From Takakia lepidozioides (taxonomy: Eukaryota > Plantae > Bryophyta), in assembly GCA_030704615.1 (NCBI GenBank), contig CM060733.1, positions 10,106,001-10,170,000 of the forward strand: a DNA stretch of 64,000 nucleotides, given 5' to 3'. Below are positions 37,401-49,010 of the stretch, one piece after another. Numbering within the stretch: the stretch's first letter is position 1; every line of letters starts with the position of its first letter. The notes beneath the pieces are model-generated. The model worked only from the letters and a program-made list of their open reading frames with translations. It had not been told where the DNA came from and searched no databases. Position numbers and translations under genes: made by a program.

Positions 37401-40400
37401 GTTTCTGTTCAAAGGTAGACTCCCCACCCTAAGCTTAAATTTCAGTCTAGTGCCAAGGGTAGGTAGGCCACTCAGATCATCCTGAAGATCCATGCCCATG
37501 TCACAGACTGGAAACAAGTTCAGGGTAGTTTTATGCCTAACTTCATTAGACAGGTAACTAGAGAGAGAGGGAGAGAAATGAAATGAAATGAAATGGTGCT
37601 TTATAACGTCCGCAGAAAGCTCATAGAGCTTATGGGACAAAATGAAAGAAAACATGAGAGAAGTGAATTGGACTTTTTTTCCCACAGAAATTTGGCATCT
37701 TTAGGGCTAAATCTATACTTTTGGTCAAGCAGGCGAGAGTGATCCACAGTAATACCCAAGAATGGAGCGAAATCAGGGCAGCCACTGAAAGGGCGAAGGA
37801 ATTGGCCAAGTCAAATGAAGATGAGACTGGGGAGCAAACGTGTGAGGAATTTATTGAAGCCATGGACCTCAGCCGCTGCATGCTTGTTATGGGGTTCTCT
37901 CTCTTACTTCACCTGCTCTTTCTTATCCATGGATAGAACTTGAGGTTAATAGGAAAAGTTTCAGTCTAGATTTCTGGATGCCCAGTATGGGCATCTAATG
38001 GGTTATGTTTGCTTTTCCCTAGCATGGCTCTTTGAGCTTTCCGCGGACATTGTAAAGTAACATTTCATTTCTTTAATTCTTCTTCCCCTCTGTCCAGGGC
38101 ATTGCATTGCCAATGTTTGCAGGCAATGGTCAATGAGTACTCCTCTTGAGCCATTGGTTGCTGCAGGTACATACAGGGGCGTCCTCTGCTTGAAAGCCCA
38201 CAGGCCTTCTCACCTCAGGATGTTGCTATTGAAACTGCATCTGCACTGGGGCGGATCCTGGTCGTTGACTTGGTTCTTAGAAATGAGGATCGTCTTGTGT
38301 GCCATGAGCTTGGTTGGCGAGGGAATCCTGGGAACCTACTGGTCACTGATAAAGAACCACATGGCTTCCACTTGCTTACGCCCAGCAGCCACAACCTCAA
38401 GGGACGTTCACCAAAAGGACAGTTTCACAGACGTTCACAATCTTTCACAAAACAGTCGACCCGGTCAGCATTTGACCAGACAAGCCGGACTCTCAGTGTC
38501 ACTAAGGCACAATCTCCAGAGCAGGGCCTGCTAGAGAGTTCCAGATCTCTTTCACTCCAGGTGCCTATCTACCGTTCTCTCTTGATCTTTCTTAAGTGTG
38601 GCTGATTATGTTGCCCTGTGTACTGCAGAATTGCTAAAGTCCACAGGCCATTATAAACTGAAGGGTTTCTCTGGTTGCATTCAGTACACCTCAGGTTGAG
38701 TGTCATGTACCCTGGTTGCTGAAACCTCACAATATGCAATGGGAGGTTTAGTGTCCTGCAATGACAAGAGTATGTAATAGCAACATTCACAAGGATGATG
38801 GATGAATACATTCTCTCATGTCAGATCTGTATCATATTAGCAACTAGAGCACAGTCCTCAACAGTTATTTCTAACTCCTAGCTTTTACACCGAGGCCCAA
38901 CTGTCTATAACCTGATGCTGTTGACTGCTGTGATTTGGCAAATTTGGGGTAAGTTTTCATTCCCTGGTGGGTACAAACCCCACAGCTAGCTCCTGGACAG
39001 TTGATATCTCATGGGGCACTAATGACCTCACACATGGCCAATGTCAGCAGGGATTGGTGATATGAGTATGTCTCTCTCTTTATGTACTAAATTTTCAACA
39101 AAAGCAGAAAGAAACTACAGTGTCCACAGGGGGTCCCAAGGTCTCATTGTTCAAAGTGAAACATCAAGAAAACCCCTTCAGAAACCAGCAAATGACACCC
39201 AAATATGAATGCCTCATATAGGGTCAATCCCAGACCAAACTTTAGTAAGAAAACCTATTCAGGAGACTACCCAAAACCAAGAGATGCCACAAAGGTGCTC
39301 AGGGTCCCCTGGAGATGTTATTCTGTGCTCTTTCGTGCTGTCCTGCCTGTTTCCCTGAAAATATACAAGGTGGAGAAGAGCTATTGCAGGCATAATGTTT
39401 CATTTTATATTCTCAAGTGTACTCCTCATGATGAACAATGAACCGGAGTCCACCCGTTGACATGGGCTATGTGCTGTGGAGTCGAAACTTAAAAACTATA
39501 TGTTCTCTTGTGCCTCAGGGAGAGCAGCTAGGGTTGTCAGTGGGCGCTACTCAATTGACTGAGGTAGCCACATTGAAAGGTGACATGGGTGAGGTTCTTC
39601 GTCGTGTTCAGAAACATGGCTGCATCCTTGTTGCTATTGACTCGGGGGTGCCACGGAGGCCCCCAGCTGGCAAGAGTGCAAATGATCGTCAGCTATACTC
39701 AAAGCTGGTGGAGCTTCTGCTTAATGATCAGGGAATGGCAGCAGAGCTACTGAAGGAAATCACTTGGGGTGCTTTGGGGTATGATGGATCCTCGAGCGCT
39801 GAGTTGGCACATCAGGAAACAACAGTTACAAGGGAATCTTCAGATCTACAAACTCCTGACAACGTTGACCAGCAGGAAGTTGTCAGGGCATTCCAAGGGG
39901 GAATGCGTGCTGCCATCAGAGACATGCAAATTCTACAAGTATTTCTCCTAAGATTATTCAGGAAATTGGATCAGCTACTAAGAAATTTTGTTGTCGATAT
40001 GTCAAAGCAAGGGATTCTCAAGGATGGCGAAAAAAAGATGAGTCCTAACCAGGTTTCAACCCGAGAGTCACAGACTGCATCAACAGAGAGTTCACCGCTT
40101 GGAGATGAGGCAGTGAGTTCTCCAATAACGGATATCAACTCGCCAGAATCTCTGAGCCACTTGGCTTCAGACCAGAAGAGTGCTCAGCCTTCACCAAGTG
40201 AAAGGCGATCTGACTCCAGGAACCAGCTGGATGAGAATTTGTTGGGATCTCCAAACCTTCATAATCCTAAGGCACATTCTCCAGCTGCTATGAGGTCCCC
40301 ACAGAGAACATCACCCCAGATGGGATTACCCCCAGTGGGTGCTTTGGGCAAGAATTCCCCTCGGAGGGCATCTCCGAGCACAAGTTCTCCTAAACGTGAA

Positions 40401-43400
40401 AACTGGCATGGAAAAGGGAGTCCAGGGCGCTTAACCCTCAAGCTGAAGGATGTGAACAAAACTGCTAAGGTCTCTCTTTCTTACTTCCTTTCTTACTTCC
40501 TTTCTTTCTTGTACCAGTTCATTTCATTTTATTTCTTCTTAGGTCTGTGCAAGAGAATGGGTCCATGGCCACAAGGCTACAAGAAGTTTCGTATAGTGAG
40601 TGTTCATATTATTTGCCCCTTCAATTATTGTGTTCTCTCCCTCCCTCTACTCCCTCTACCAATATGTAGTGCCCACTGGGGGTTTCACAGTTAATATCAT
40701 ATACAGAGAATTCAAATGTACTGACTTAGATACTACATTGTTCACAATGGAATACATAGAAAAGAGATCTCTTAGAGAGAAATTAGAGATACAGTTTTGG
40801 ATTATGTGTAACTTTTAAGTTCTATATCATGTCGATCACCAAGCTCACTATGTTTCGAATGCAGGTGGATGATGAACTTAGCAAAAAGCTGGAATGGTGG
40901 GATGAGAAGCTCCGTTTTGCGGGTCAAACATTATGCCAGGAGCATGGTTTTACTACAGGCTTCTTAGAGGGCGGAGGTAGCCATAGCCTTGTTGATAGCT
41001 ATGAGCTCAAGGTGATCATCTCTATGTGCCTGAAGAAAGTTGATGTATGTATGTATTTCACATCCATGCATAGTCTTTGTATCTCTCCAACCCATTTCAG
41101 AAAAATGGAAACTCCATGTCTGATCCATGAGTATGATGGTGAGGTTCGCCACATTTTTCATGCATTGTCATGAGTACTTCTCTGAACTAGGAGCCCTTTG
41201 GAAAAGCATCAAAGTAGTCCCTGCACCTCCATTTTCTCAGTTCAAGATACTCAAGACAATGTCCTCCTTGGATCTCAATTGGGTGAATATAGGCATCAAA
41301 CAAATGCAATAGTGAATTGATCTCTGGAGACTACTAGAGAAAGCCTTCTATGATATAGTGGGTCCATGTTACTGTCCCCTCCCCTCCTCTTTTCTTCTCC
41401 GTCCGGACTGGTGCGGGGTCCAAAATCCCAAGGTTACGGCAAAGCATTGTCTTCTGAGAATAGTTCTCTCTCTCTCTGGCAGAAGGGGAAACATCCCAGG
41501 GGATATCTCTGTGTGTTGCTATAGGAAAGGTGTAAGGGTCTAGGGACCATCATAGCACTGTTGATGTACAACGTAGAGTCTCTGATTGCAGTTGCATTGT
41601 TCATCTAATGAAATTGGATTGGACATGCCAGGTGAGGTTGGAGCATGTGCTGGAGAGAATGGCATTGATTTTGGATGGGTCGGAGACAGAAAGGCCTTCT
41701 TGTGTGCTTCCTCATTTGTATATTGGGGGAGCTCTCGCTGCCAGGTCTGATTAACTGTTTTTAGATTTCTACCAGAAAACTAGGAATGCCAAGAAACAGC
41801 TGAACAGATGAAGTTTTAGCAGAGAGCCACTCTATTATGACCTACCTATCCAAGAGGAGTGACCAGGCTGACCCCCTCCAAGAACAACATAGCCAAAATG
41901 CAAAAAAAGAGACAGAACTGGCAGAAGCCAAACTTCATTGTCAACGGATCCAAATGGGGACAGGACAAGGGATAGGAAGCTTGAGACAGTGCTATGGCTA
42001 AACACTGGAAGACAATTTGACGTAGAAACAGTAAAACCTTTTGTAGTCAAAGAGAAATTGAAGCTAAAGCATAAACTGTCTCTGGAAGAGGCCATAAACT
42101 ACCTGCAAGAATTCAAATCCATGTCCAGCAGAAGTAATTATAGGAAGGACACTGAGAAAAAAATGGTTTCCTCACTTTCACTTAAAATCAGTGAGTAAGC
42201 CTGTGGCCTCCTCGCCATGTGGCCTTAAGGGAACTTGTGCTCACAGTTGTCTTTGTAGTAAGAAGTAGTTTCAGAAAATTCTGTCTTTTATAGATCCAAG
42301 TATGATCTACCCGCTTTCAATTGCAAGGCATAGTAATACAACAATTCCATCGGTACGCAGATCAGTGCACACTTTGCTGCACTTGGGCCTCACCCATATT
42401 CTGTGTCTGTGCCCCTCTGAATTCAAATCTTCTGACTCTGGCGAGTCTACTAATCTATTCAAGTACCAACACTATCAGGTAGGTCTCTCTGTTAAAAGTC
42501 TTTTCCCCTCTCTGAATCTAGAGGTTCAATCGAGATCTGTGAACTCTAACTAACCATCTGCCAACTTCCGTTGATCACTGGGAGGTCTGCTCTGCAGTCC
42601 TCTCTCATTCCCTCTTACAAGATCCGTCCTGTTCTTGTACGCATACTGTGAGTAAGAAAACATGTCGATGGATGTACTATTCTTGTGACCTCTTCTTTGC
42701 AATGAACATTAGCAACTGGTTTTTTGTTGCTGATGCTTCATTTGACTGGAGCCAGCCCTTGATTGTTTTTAACCATGGGGTGATGCCTTTGCTGGATTGT
42801 TGTCCTTTGCCCTGTGGACTTATTACATTGCCTAAGTTTAATTTCTGGCAGGACATCGGTAGAGGAAATGCCTGACTGTTGTTGGATACTACTAGGAATT
42901 AGGTTGTCTTAAGGGAATCCTTGGGATACTGGAAAAGTGAGGCCTGTGAGAAATTCTCTTATGGCTTAAAAACTTGGTTCACAGCTAGTCGAGCACAGAT
43001 GTCCATGGATAGTGAGTCGTAAACCTGCTGTAGCAGGTGAGGGATGTGGTGGAGGAGGACATAACACTCTACTTTGAGGGAGTCTGTACTTTTGTGGATG
43101 CTGTGGAAGAGGAAGGGGGCAAGGTGCTGGTGCATTGCTTTGAAGGGAAGAGCCGGAGTGCTAGCATGGTACTTGCATATCTTATGATCCGCAAGTAAGT
43201 TTCAGCCCATTCAAGAGTTGGGGTGGACATGAGTGGCTGACTTTTTCTCATGCTTCACTGTCAGTATTGCCTTGTACCACCAAGAAGGTTTTTTCTGAGA
43301 GTTTGGTGGGTTTTTGAAGGGGTCACACATTAGCACAGGCATGGGCGATTCTGAGGGCTGTACATCGACGTTCGCAACCTAATGATGGTTTCATGAAGGT

Positions 43401-43721
43401 ATCCCACACTATCTGTCAGCCCCGTGTCTTGCAATGTACAACATCAGTTACCAAGAGCTCAAACTTAAACGTACAGAGATCTTGTTTCAAGGTTTGGTGA
43501 CTGGTGTAAGAAAGGCAATCATGGTAAATCTGCAAATGCAGGCACTTGCAGACCTGGACCAAAAGCTATATGGAAAGGCATCCATGGGTTTCCTGCAGAA
43601 ACGACCAGTCGGGAAAAATTGCCCAGTTTGTGGGAAATTTGGAGGTTTCAGCATCAACTCATTGCAACAGCATTTCCAGCGTGCACATCCTGGATTGCCC
43701 TGGCCATCTTCCATTCCTTGA
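28447..43721 (+). CDS. PHS1: PHS1: atypical (actin-fragmin-like) tubulin kinase fused to a dual-specificity MAPK phosphatase
   Basis: Exons with consistent phases: 28447-28536 (less certain), 28684-28862, 29319-29520, 29658-29855, 37733-37893, 38167-38560, 39519-40469, 40865-41011, 41632-41744, 42361-42478, 43037-43194, 43320-43398, 43542-43721. Motifs EVTVNSGGVVYFAL, ATQSERLG, DLVLRNEDRL..WRGNPGN, AIDSGVPRRPPAGK, VDSYELKVRLEH, catalytic VHCFEGKSRS and C-terminal CPVCGK..H..H. The start codon lies further 5' and was not located. Confidence 0.92.
29898..30440 (-). mobile_element. Two or more decayed 3' ends of LINE family A with (CATTT)n tails
   Basis: AAATGAAATG + (g/a)ctttaYaaYgtYcg + aaagctc-NNN-gagctt + gggacaa motifs at ~29900 and ~30081. 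30210-30375 is a diverged copy of 30560-30710. Confidence 0.75.
30440..32550 (-). mobile_element. 5'-truncated non-LTR retrotransposon, family A (RTE-X-like RT + C-terminal CCHC + short 3' UTR)
   Basis: Overlapping ORFs 32546-31575, 31668-30790 and 30814-30539 joined by frameshifts. Motifs QAGFRRNRSTIDH, FVDFHKAFDSV, GVKQGCPLSPTLF, LLYADD, YRYLG, HNLRIETGRW..RLCPAC..ETEEHFFFYCPLY. Ends in a CATTC/CATTT microsatellite tail. The RTE-X clade label is inferred from the C-terminal motif and tail type. Confidence 0.88.
32673..36294 (-). mobile_element. Non-LTR retrotransposon family B: leader, N-terminal domain, three 47-aa repeats, APE endonuclease and RT (C-terminal part deleted), flanked by a 14-bp TSD
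   Basis: ORF 35880-34111 has endonuclease motifs TFNFSGL, AGQETW, LLGDFSARVG, SIVDYI, SDH. Fragments 34021-32632 give GPDGI, FLDVKKAYDTV, GVAQGCTLSP, LMFADD, NVSKC. Direct repeat AAACTCAATAGAGA at 32659-32672 and 36295-36308. Confidence 0.88.
35111..35530 (-). repeat. Coding tandem repeat, 3 x 141 bp (47 aa), within the LINE family B ORF
   Basis: GGGAC anchors at 35111, 35252 and 35393 (period 141). Unit DGQxxPKCxEPERxxxEGFGTLNGLPILKVYTRxxxSxHGVxVP. Confidence 0.95.
36316..36699 (-). mobile_element. Short 5'-truncated copy of LINE family A 3' end, nearly identical to 30452-30809
   Basis: 36342-36699 aligns to 30452-30809 at a constant offset of 5890, with two mismatches seen by eye. (GAAAT)n tail on the plus strand at 36315-36340. 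Confidence 0.92.
36975..37560 (-). mobile_element. 3' portion (C-terminal zinc-knuckle region + 3' UTR) of a LINE, probably the same family as element B
   Basis: Minus translation GTRLKFKLRVGSLPLNRN...CPMCRCPEDNIHFL..CPGY. The 3' UTR ends ATGGCCACAATGG...ATGAGTACATTCTCT. Confidence 0.7.
37576..37662 (-). mobile_element. Very short LINE family A 3' end with (CATTT)n tail
   Basis: AAATGAAATGAAATGAAATGGTGCTTTATAACGTCCGCAGAAAGCTCATAGAGCTTATGGGACAAAATG matches the family A terminus. An opposite-orientation copy lies at ~38030-38070. Confidence 0.85.
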
Positions 43722-46036
43722 TACATGTAGTTTGTCCCTTCTATTTCCACCTTCTGTGTGTCCCTCTTTGCAGCTGCCTGTTTAGTTAACCTGGTAGGAG
43801 GCATATGGCTGACATCATCATATCTTGTATGTAGATGATGCAGTAACTGTGGTAAGCATTGACATGCTTGTTGTGGTCAATAGACACTAGGGCAGCTGTC
43901 AATAGGTGGGATTGCTGTAGAGCTTATTTGGCAGATGGCTGCATGTCAGATCAGGGAGGGTCAACTCTTCAAAAGTCTCTCATCTTTGTAGCTAAAGCGA
44001 AGCATATCTCACATTTGTCAATGTCTGTATGCTGAATAATTTGCAACATACAAGAAGAGAGGCACATGGAATGTCCACACAGATCCCAGGTTTGCGAGAT
44101 CGTTCTGGATTCCCTCGGCCGTAAATACTCACTGAAGGTCAGTTAGATGTTTGTCAAAACCTAGGTGGTAGCACTATACAATTTGAAGGGCGTAGAGTAT
44201 GCAGTTCTTTTTGAAGCTGTTAGACCTATTTCATTACTTCTTGCCAACCATTTCAGCAAAATTCATCTAACGGCCTAGCTCTAGAGCACCTGCTCCAACC
44301 TCCCTATTGGTCACTCCCACCGTCTTTTTTTCCTTGACCTTCAAAATTTCCCGCCAGGTACTTAAAAGTGTTTGGATCTTTTATCTTTTAGTGGTTTTTC
44401 AAAACAGACAAATTCTGGTTTGACCATGCAAATTGGCTGTGTATATGATTTTGGCTGACTGTTTCCACACATCGAAAATGGCCTTCATAGCTTGGAGCTT
44501 CAAAATGTAAGTCCAGAACTCGCATACTGTTTTGAATGCATGCTTCACTTTTTATGTGAGACAAGGCTGCACAGAAAGGCTTGTGTTACACGGTGCTGAT
44601 GATGGCCTAGAATGCGTCCAACCATCTTGCTTGTTTCATGAGTGGGTTTCTATTTCAACATCTAAGTAGGACTTGTTACTCGTTGTGAGCTTCATGGCTG
44701 CAATGTAATGTGGAACCGCTGCCAGGCTGCTGATTCCAGCCTGGACAGAAAATACAGTCTGTCACGGATGAATGTTATAGGGATAAGTGCTAATCCTCTA
44801 CATTTTTTGCCAAGTTGTAGCACATACTTACCACCTCACCTTGTTGTGGGTGCAATCCACCGGTTGGCAGTAGTCCAGGACCAGTGTTGGACTAGTATCA
44901 CAAAAATATGATACCAGACTTGTCCTAGTATCACAAGGGCCCATATTTCCCAAGACTGGTATGTTCCTGGTAGGGTAAGAGATCGTTGGAATGGGTTTGA
45001 CCAAGTGCTCGACCGTTGATTTGGCGACAGGTCCATCCATGTAGCCACCCGATCTCCCAAGGCTAGCTGGTTGCTTTGCTGGTCTCTTTTTTCCATGTGA
45101 TCCCACATTCCAAGCAGGCTTCACACACAAGAAAAGACTTGCTTGGCAGGTGATCGCAAAAACCAACCAGCTATAGCTGGTGAAAGTCAAAGATCGGTAC
45201 CCTATCTCCCAACTTCCAGCTTTTCACGGAGAGTTGGGAGATTGGACCCGAGATAGGGTTTGGGAGGGTTTGGGTCCGGGTTTTGTACATAGAAGTGCAA
45301 GGTGGACATTCAAAACCCGGTCATGATGGAAGGACGCCCTAGGTGGGTATAGGAGGGATATCAACAACGAAAATTTGTGGATGTATAGTAGTAGGGTATC
45401 GATATGTGTTTTTTTCCATCTCATATAGGGGAAGAGGAAATTGCCTAGGTAGGTATGGAATATTCAATATATTCTAAAGAATATTCAATAACCTGGAAAA
45501 AGAAATGACTTTCACATTGGATGATCACAATTACAACACAATGCACTCATACAAAACCAAAATTGAGCTCACACAGATTGCACATTGAGTATCAAAAAGG
45601 TGCGCTAAAATGCTATGCTCATATAATTTGAGAGACTAAATGATGAGCCCTGGTGGTTCGGGGTTCAAACCCGTTGCCTTGCTCCGCGTGTGGGATTGTT
45701 CGTGACGGTATGTCTAGGCGTCACGAAAAACACAGACTTTCTTTCCAACTAAAAGGGGTCAAATTGTTGGCCAAAGCACCAGAGGACATAGAATCTCAAG
45801 ATGACATATGGAGCAAAAGCATAGCTTGGTAACGCTTAAATCAGACACCTATAGACCTTTGAAACCACATATCCTCCGGTTCTGGTTTTTACAAAAAACC
45901 TCCGGTTTCGGTTTTTGCAGATTTTTTATGGAAACAACCATGGGTTCCGGTTGATTGTAAGAACTTCAAAGAAACGGTGGTTTTCATCAAATAACCAGCC
46001 GGGTAAATTTGGAACCCTAAATTTATATTTTTTAGG

Positions 46037-48515
46037 AGGCCCTGCTAGTTAGCAGAGCCCACCAAAGTGAGGTGGAGACGAAACCATAAGAGGCAGCCCT
46101 CACCCTCTTTATACCCTCAGGCTATTTGTAATCTACTCCTCCAAGGTCTCCCCTATAGAGCGCCTACCAAGAGACATGGACCCCACATTAATGGCTTCTC
46201 ATGTGGTCCCCATATTAATTGTCGTGAAGCCTCCATGAGCCCTTATGCCATGCTATAGCCGCCATAGCCAGCCTCCATGGCGCTTTCATGCTCCACGTCC
46301 GCCATCTATGCGCGCCCTATGCTCCATGTCCCCATGATCCATCTCACGTCATCCTCAACTCATGGTTAGTTTAGGTTAATCATGTTTGGTTTGATGCCCT
46401 AATCACTTAAAAATCAAAAAGTGAGTTTAGATTTTGGTATTGTGATGGCGGCTGCCAAAGAGCGACGACTGTCATAGAGAGGTGTTTGGAGAGATGTTTG
46501 GAGAGGTGCCAAAGACAGGTGCTTATGAAATGCGTCACATTCATCTTTCCTTCAAGCTGAGTGAGAACTATGCTCATTCTTCTTTCATTCTTTCCTAACC
46601 CTTCATCATGATATTGAAGACAAGTGGATATGATGGAGACAAGTGAAAACATGTGTTTTGTCTCTCTTTATGTTACTTTGAAGAGAGAGATAATGAATGA
46701 TGATATCACAACATTGTGGTTATGAACTTTTGCTTTCATAAACCCTAAAGATTATGACAACTCTGCTTTGATTCCCTAAACTGATCTAAGTTTAGGGTTA
46801 TCTTCTAAGTTTCTACAATAAGAATGAGAGAGACATCACATCTCATTCTTTTTAGGTTTGAAACTTTAAATTTGTGTTTTTCAAACCCTAAAGCGCAAAC
46901 TGAAAATCTCGGAATGATATGAAACAAATGATTTGGTTTTGTAACATATTCAGTTCATAAAATTTGAGTAGTAAATGTAGACCTTCATACTACAGTTAGT
47001 ATTAGCTCAAAAACAAAATGTTTAGCTCAAAGCCATCCAATGTTTTAGGATTTGAAACTTTATTTTTGGTTTCGTAGCATGTTGAGACTATGAAACATGC
47101 AGCCAGCGGCTAGAAGCAGGCCAGAGGACTCGTTGCAGGGGAGTGGAGGAAGAAATCGTGGTGGAGACTAGGATTTGATTATTGACTCTTCTCTTTGTAG
47201 TTTGGATTGCTAAAGACATTCAATATGTCATTTTGAAATAGAACCTCTGATCTATTGGTGCATCCAATTTCCAACAATTCGCAAACTAAAATTTTGGTTT
47301 CATAGCATATTGGGAATGAAAAAATCTAAATTTTGGTTTCATAGCACATGAAAGATTTTTTTTTGTTTCATAGCAATTGTGATACACTATTTAGTCTAAA
47401 TTAGTTTAAAATTAAATTTTGGTTTCATATATGTATCGGCTTGATTGTGATTTGAGTTTAGAGTAATATTTTTGAAGATTCTACATGTTATTAAATACAT
47501 ATGTGGTTTTTTAAGATTACCTATTTTTTGTCCACTCAGTTCATCATTTCAATATGCTATGAAACCAAAAATGAAGTTTCAAATCCTAAAACATTGGGTG
47601 GCTTTGACTAAACATTTTGTTTGAGAGCTAATACTGAATGTACTATGAAAGTCTACATTTACTATCTAGATTTTATGAACTGAATATGCTACAAAACCAA
47701 ACTATTTGTTTCATATCTTCCTAAGATTTTCAGTTTGTGCTTTAGGGTTTGAAAAACACAAATTTAAAGTTTCAAACCTAAGAAAAATGAGAGATGGATG
47801 TCTGTCTCACTCTTATTGTAGAAACTTAGAAGATAACCCTAAACTTAAATCAGTTTAGGGGATCAAAACATAGTTGTCATAATCTTTAGGGTTTATGAAA
47901 GCAAAAGTTCCTAACCACAATGTTGTGATACCGTCATTCATTATCTCTCTCTTCAAAGTAACATAAAAAGAGACAAAACACATGTTTTCACTTATCTCTT
48001 TCATCATATCCACTTGTCTTCAACATCATGATGAAGGGTTAGGAAAGAATGAAAGAGTGAAAAAAGAAGGAACATAATTCTCACTCACCTTGAAAGAAAG
48101 AGGAATGTGACACCTATCATTTGATGTAGCAACTTGGAATTTGACAATGTGACAATGCAATGTGAGAAACGTGACACCTCTCCATCAAAACCTCAAACTC
48201 ATTTTTTGGTTTATATGTGATTAGGGCATCAAACCAAGCAATATTAACCTAAACTAACCATAAATTGAGGAGGGCATGGGATGGATCATAGGGATATGGA
48301 GCATAGGGCGCGCATGGATGGCAGATGTGGAGCATGAGGCACCATGGCTGTAGTGCAATTAAAGTGAGGCCACATGAGGAGCCATTAATGTGGGATCCAC
48401 ATAAATGTCCCCTACGCTATGTAGGGAGACCTTGGAGGAGTACCTAGATTACAAAGACCATGAGGCCTATTTATATAGTGTGTCAACTATCTGGTGGAGC
48501 CTTCTAGAAGGGCCC
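46037..48515. mobile_element. Long inverted-repeat (foldback / long-TIR non-autonomous DNA transposon-like) element
   Basis: ~46037-47090 is the reverse complement of ~47545-48515, e.g. 46741 AACCCTAAAGATTATGACAAC vs 47873 GTTGTCATAATCTTTAGGGTT. AT-rich spacer of ~450 bp; no ORF. Ends approximate; no TSD found. Confidence 0.85.
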
Positions 48516-49010
48516 ACCGCCTCATCCTCATTTTGGAAAGCTTCTATGCTAGCTTCTATGTGGCCTCCATTCCTTCTTTCTCGTTTTACTTGACACCACA
48601 CAAGCCAGACTACCCTTACTGTCATCCCATTCGTCCGATCCTCCATCGCTTATTTTTGGACCTTCAAAAGAATCCCTCGTTAATGAAATTGCTCTACATA
48701 TTCACTTTGAAGGCCGATAGGACCGGTGAATTTCTGGAACTTAGAAAATCTACTTGAAAATTATAAAGGAAACCCCACTTGAATTGGATTACGGATGAGG
48801 TAAAATTCCTCGCCCATTTGAGGGCAGGAGTCAACATCTAGGAAAGCACGTGACACACGTGGGTAGAAACATTATCTGTAATTAAAAAGGGGCCAAAACA
48901 ATTTGGGGTTATATATATGACAAATTTTGCCAACTCCCCAGGGCAAAATTAGCATAGAATCTGTGGATTAATGGGATTTCTGGACAGGAAGATCCTCAAA
49001 ATGACTAAGG

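Noticed and set aside
44960-45420. Possible transposase or zinc-finger fragment next to a hAT-like end
   Set aside because: Only short, broken frames with a CxxC; not enough to assign a family.
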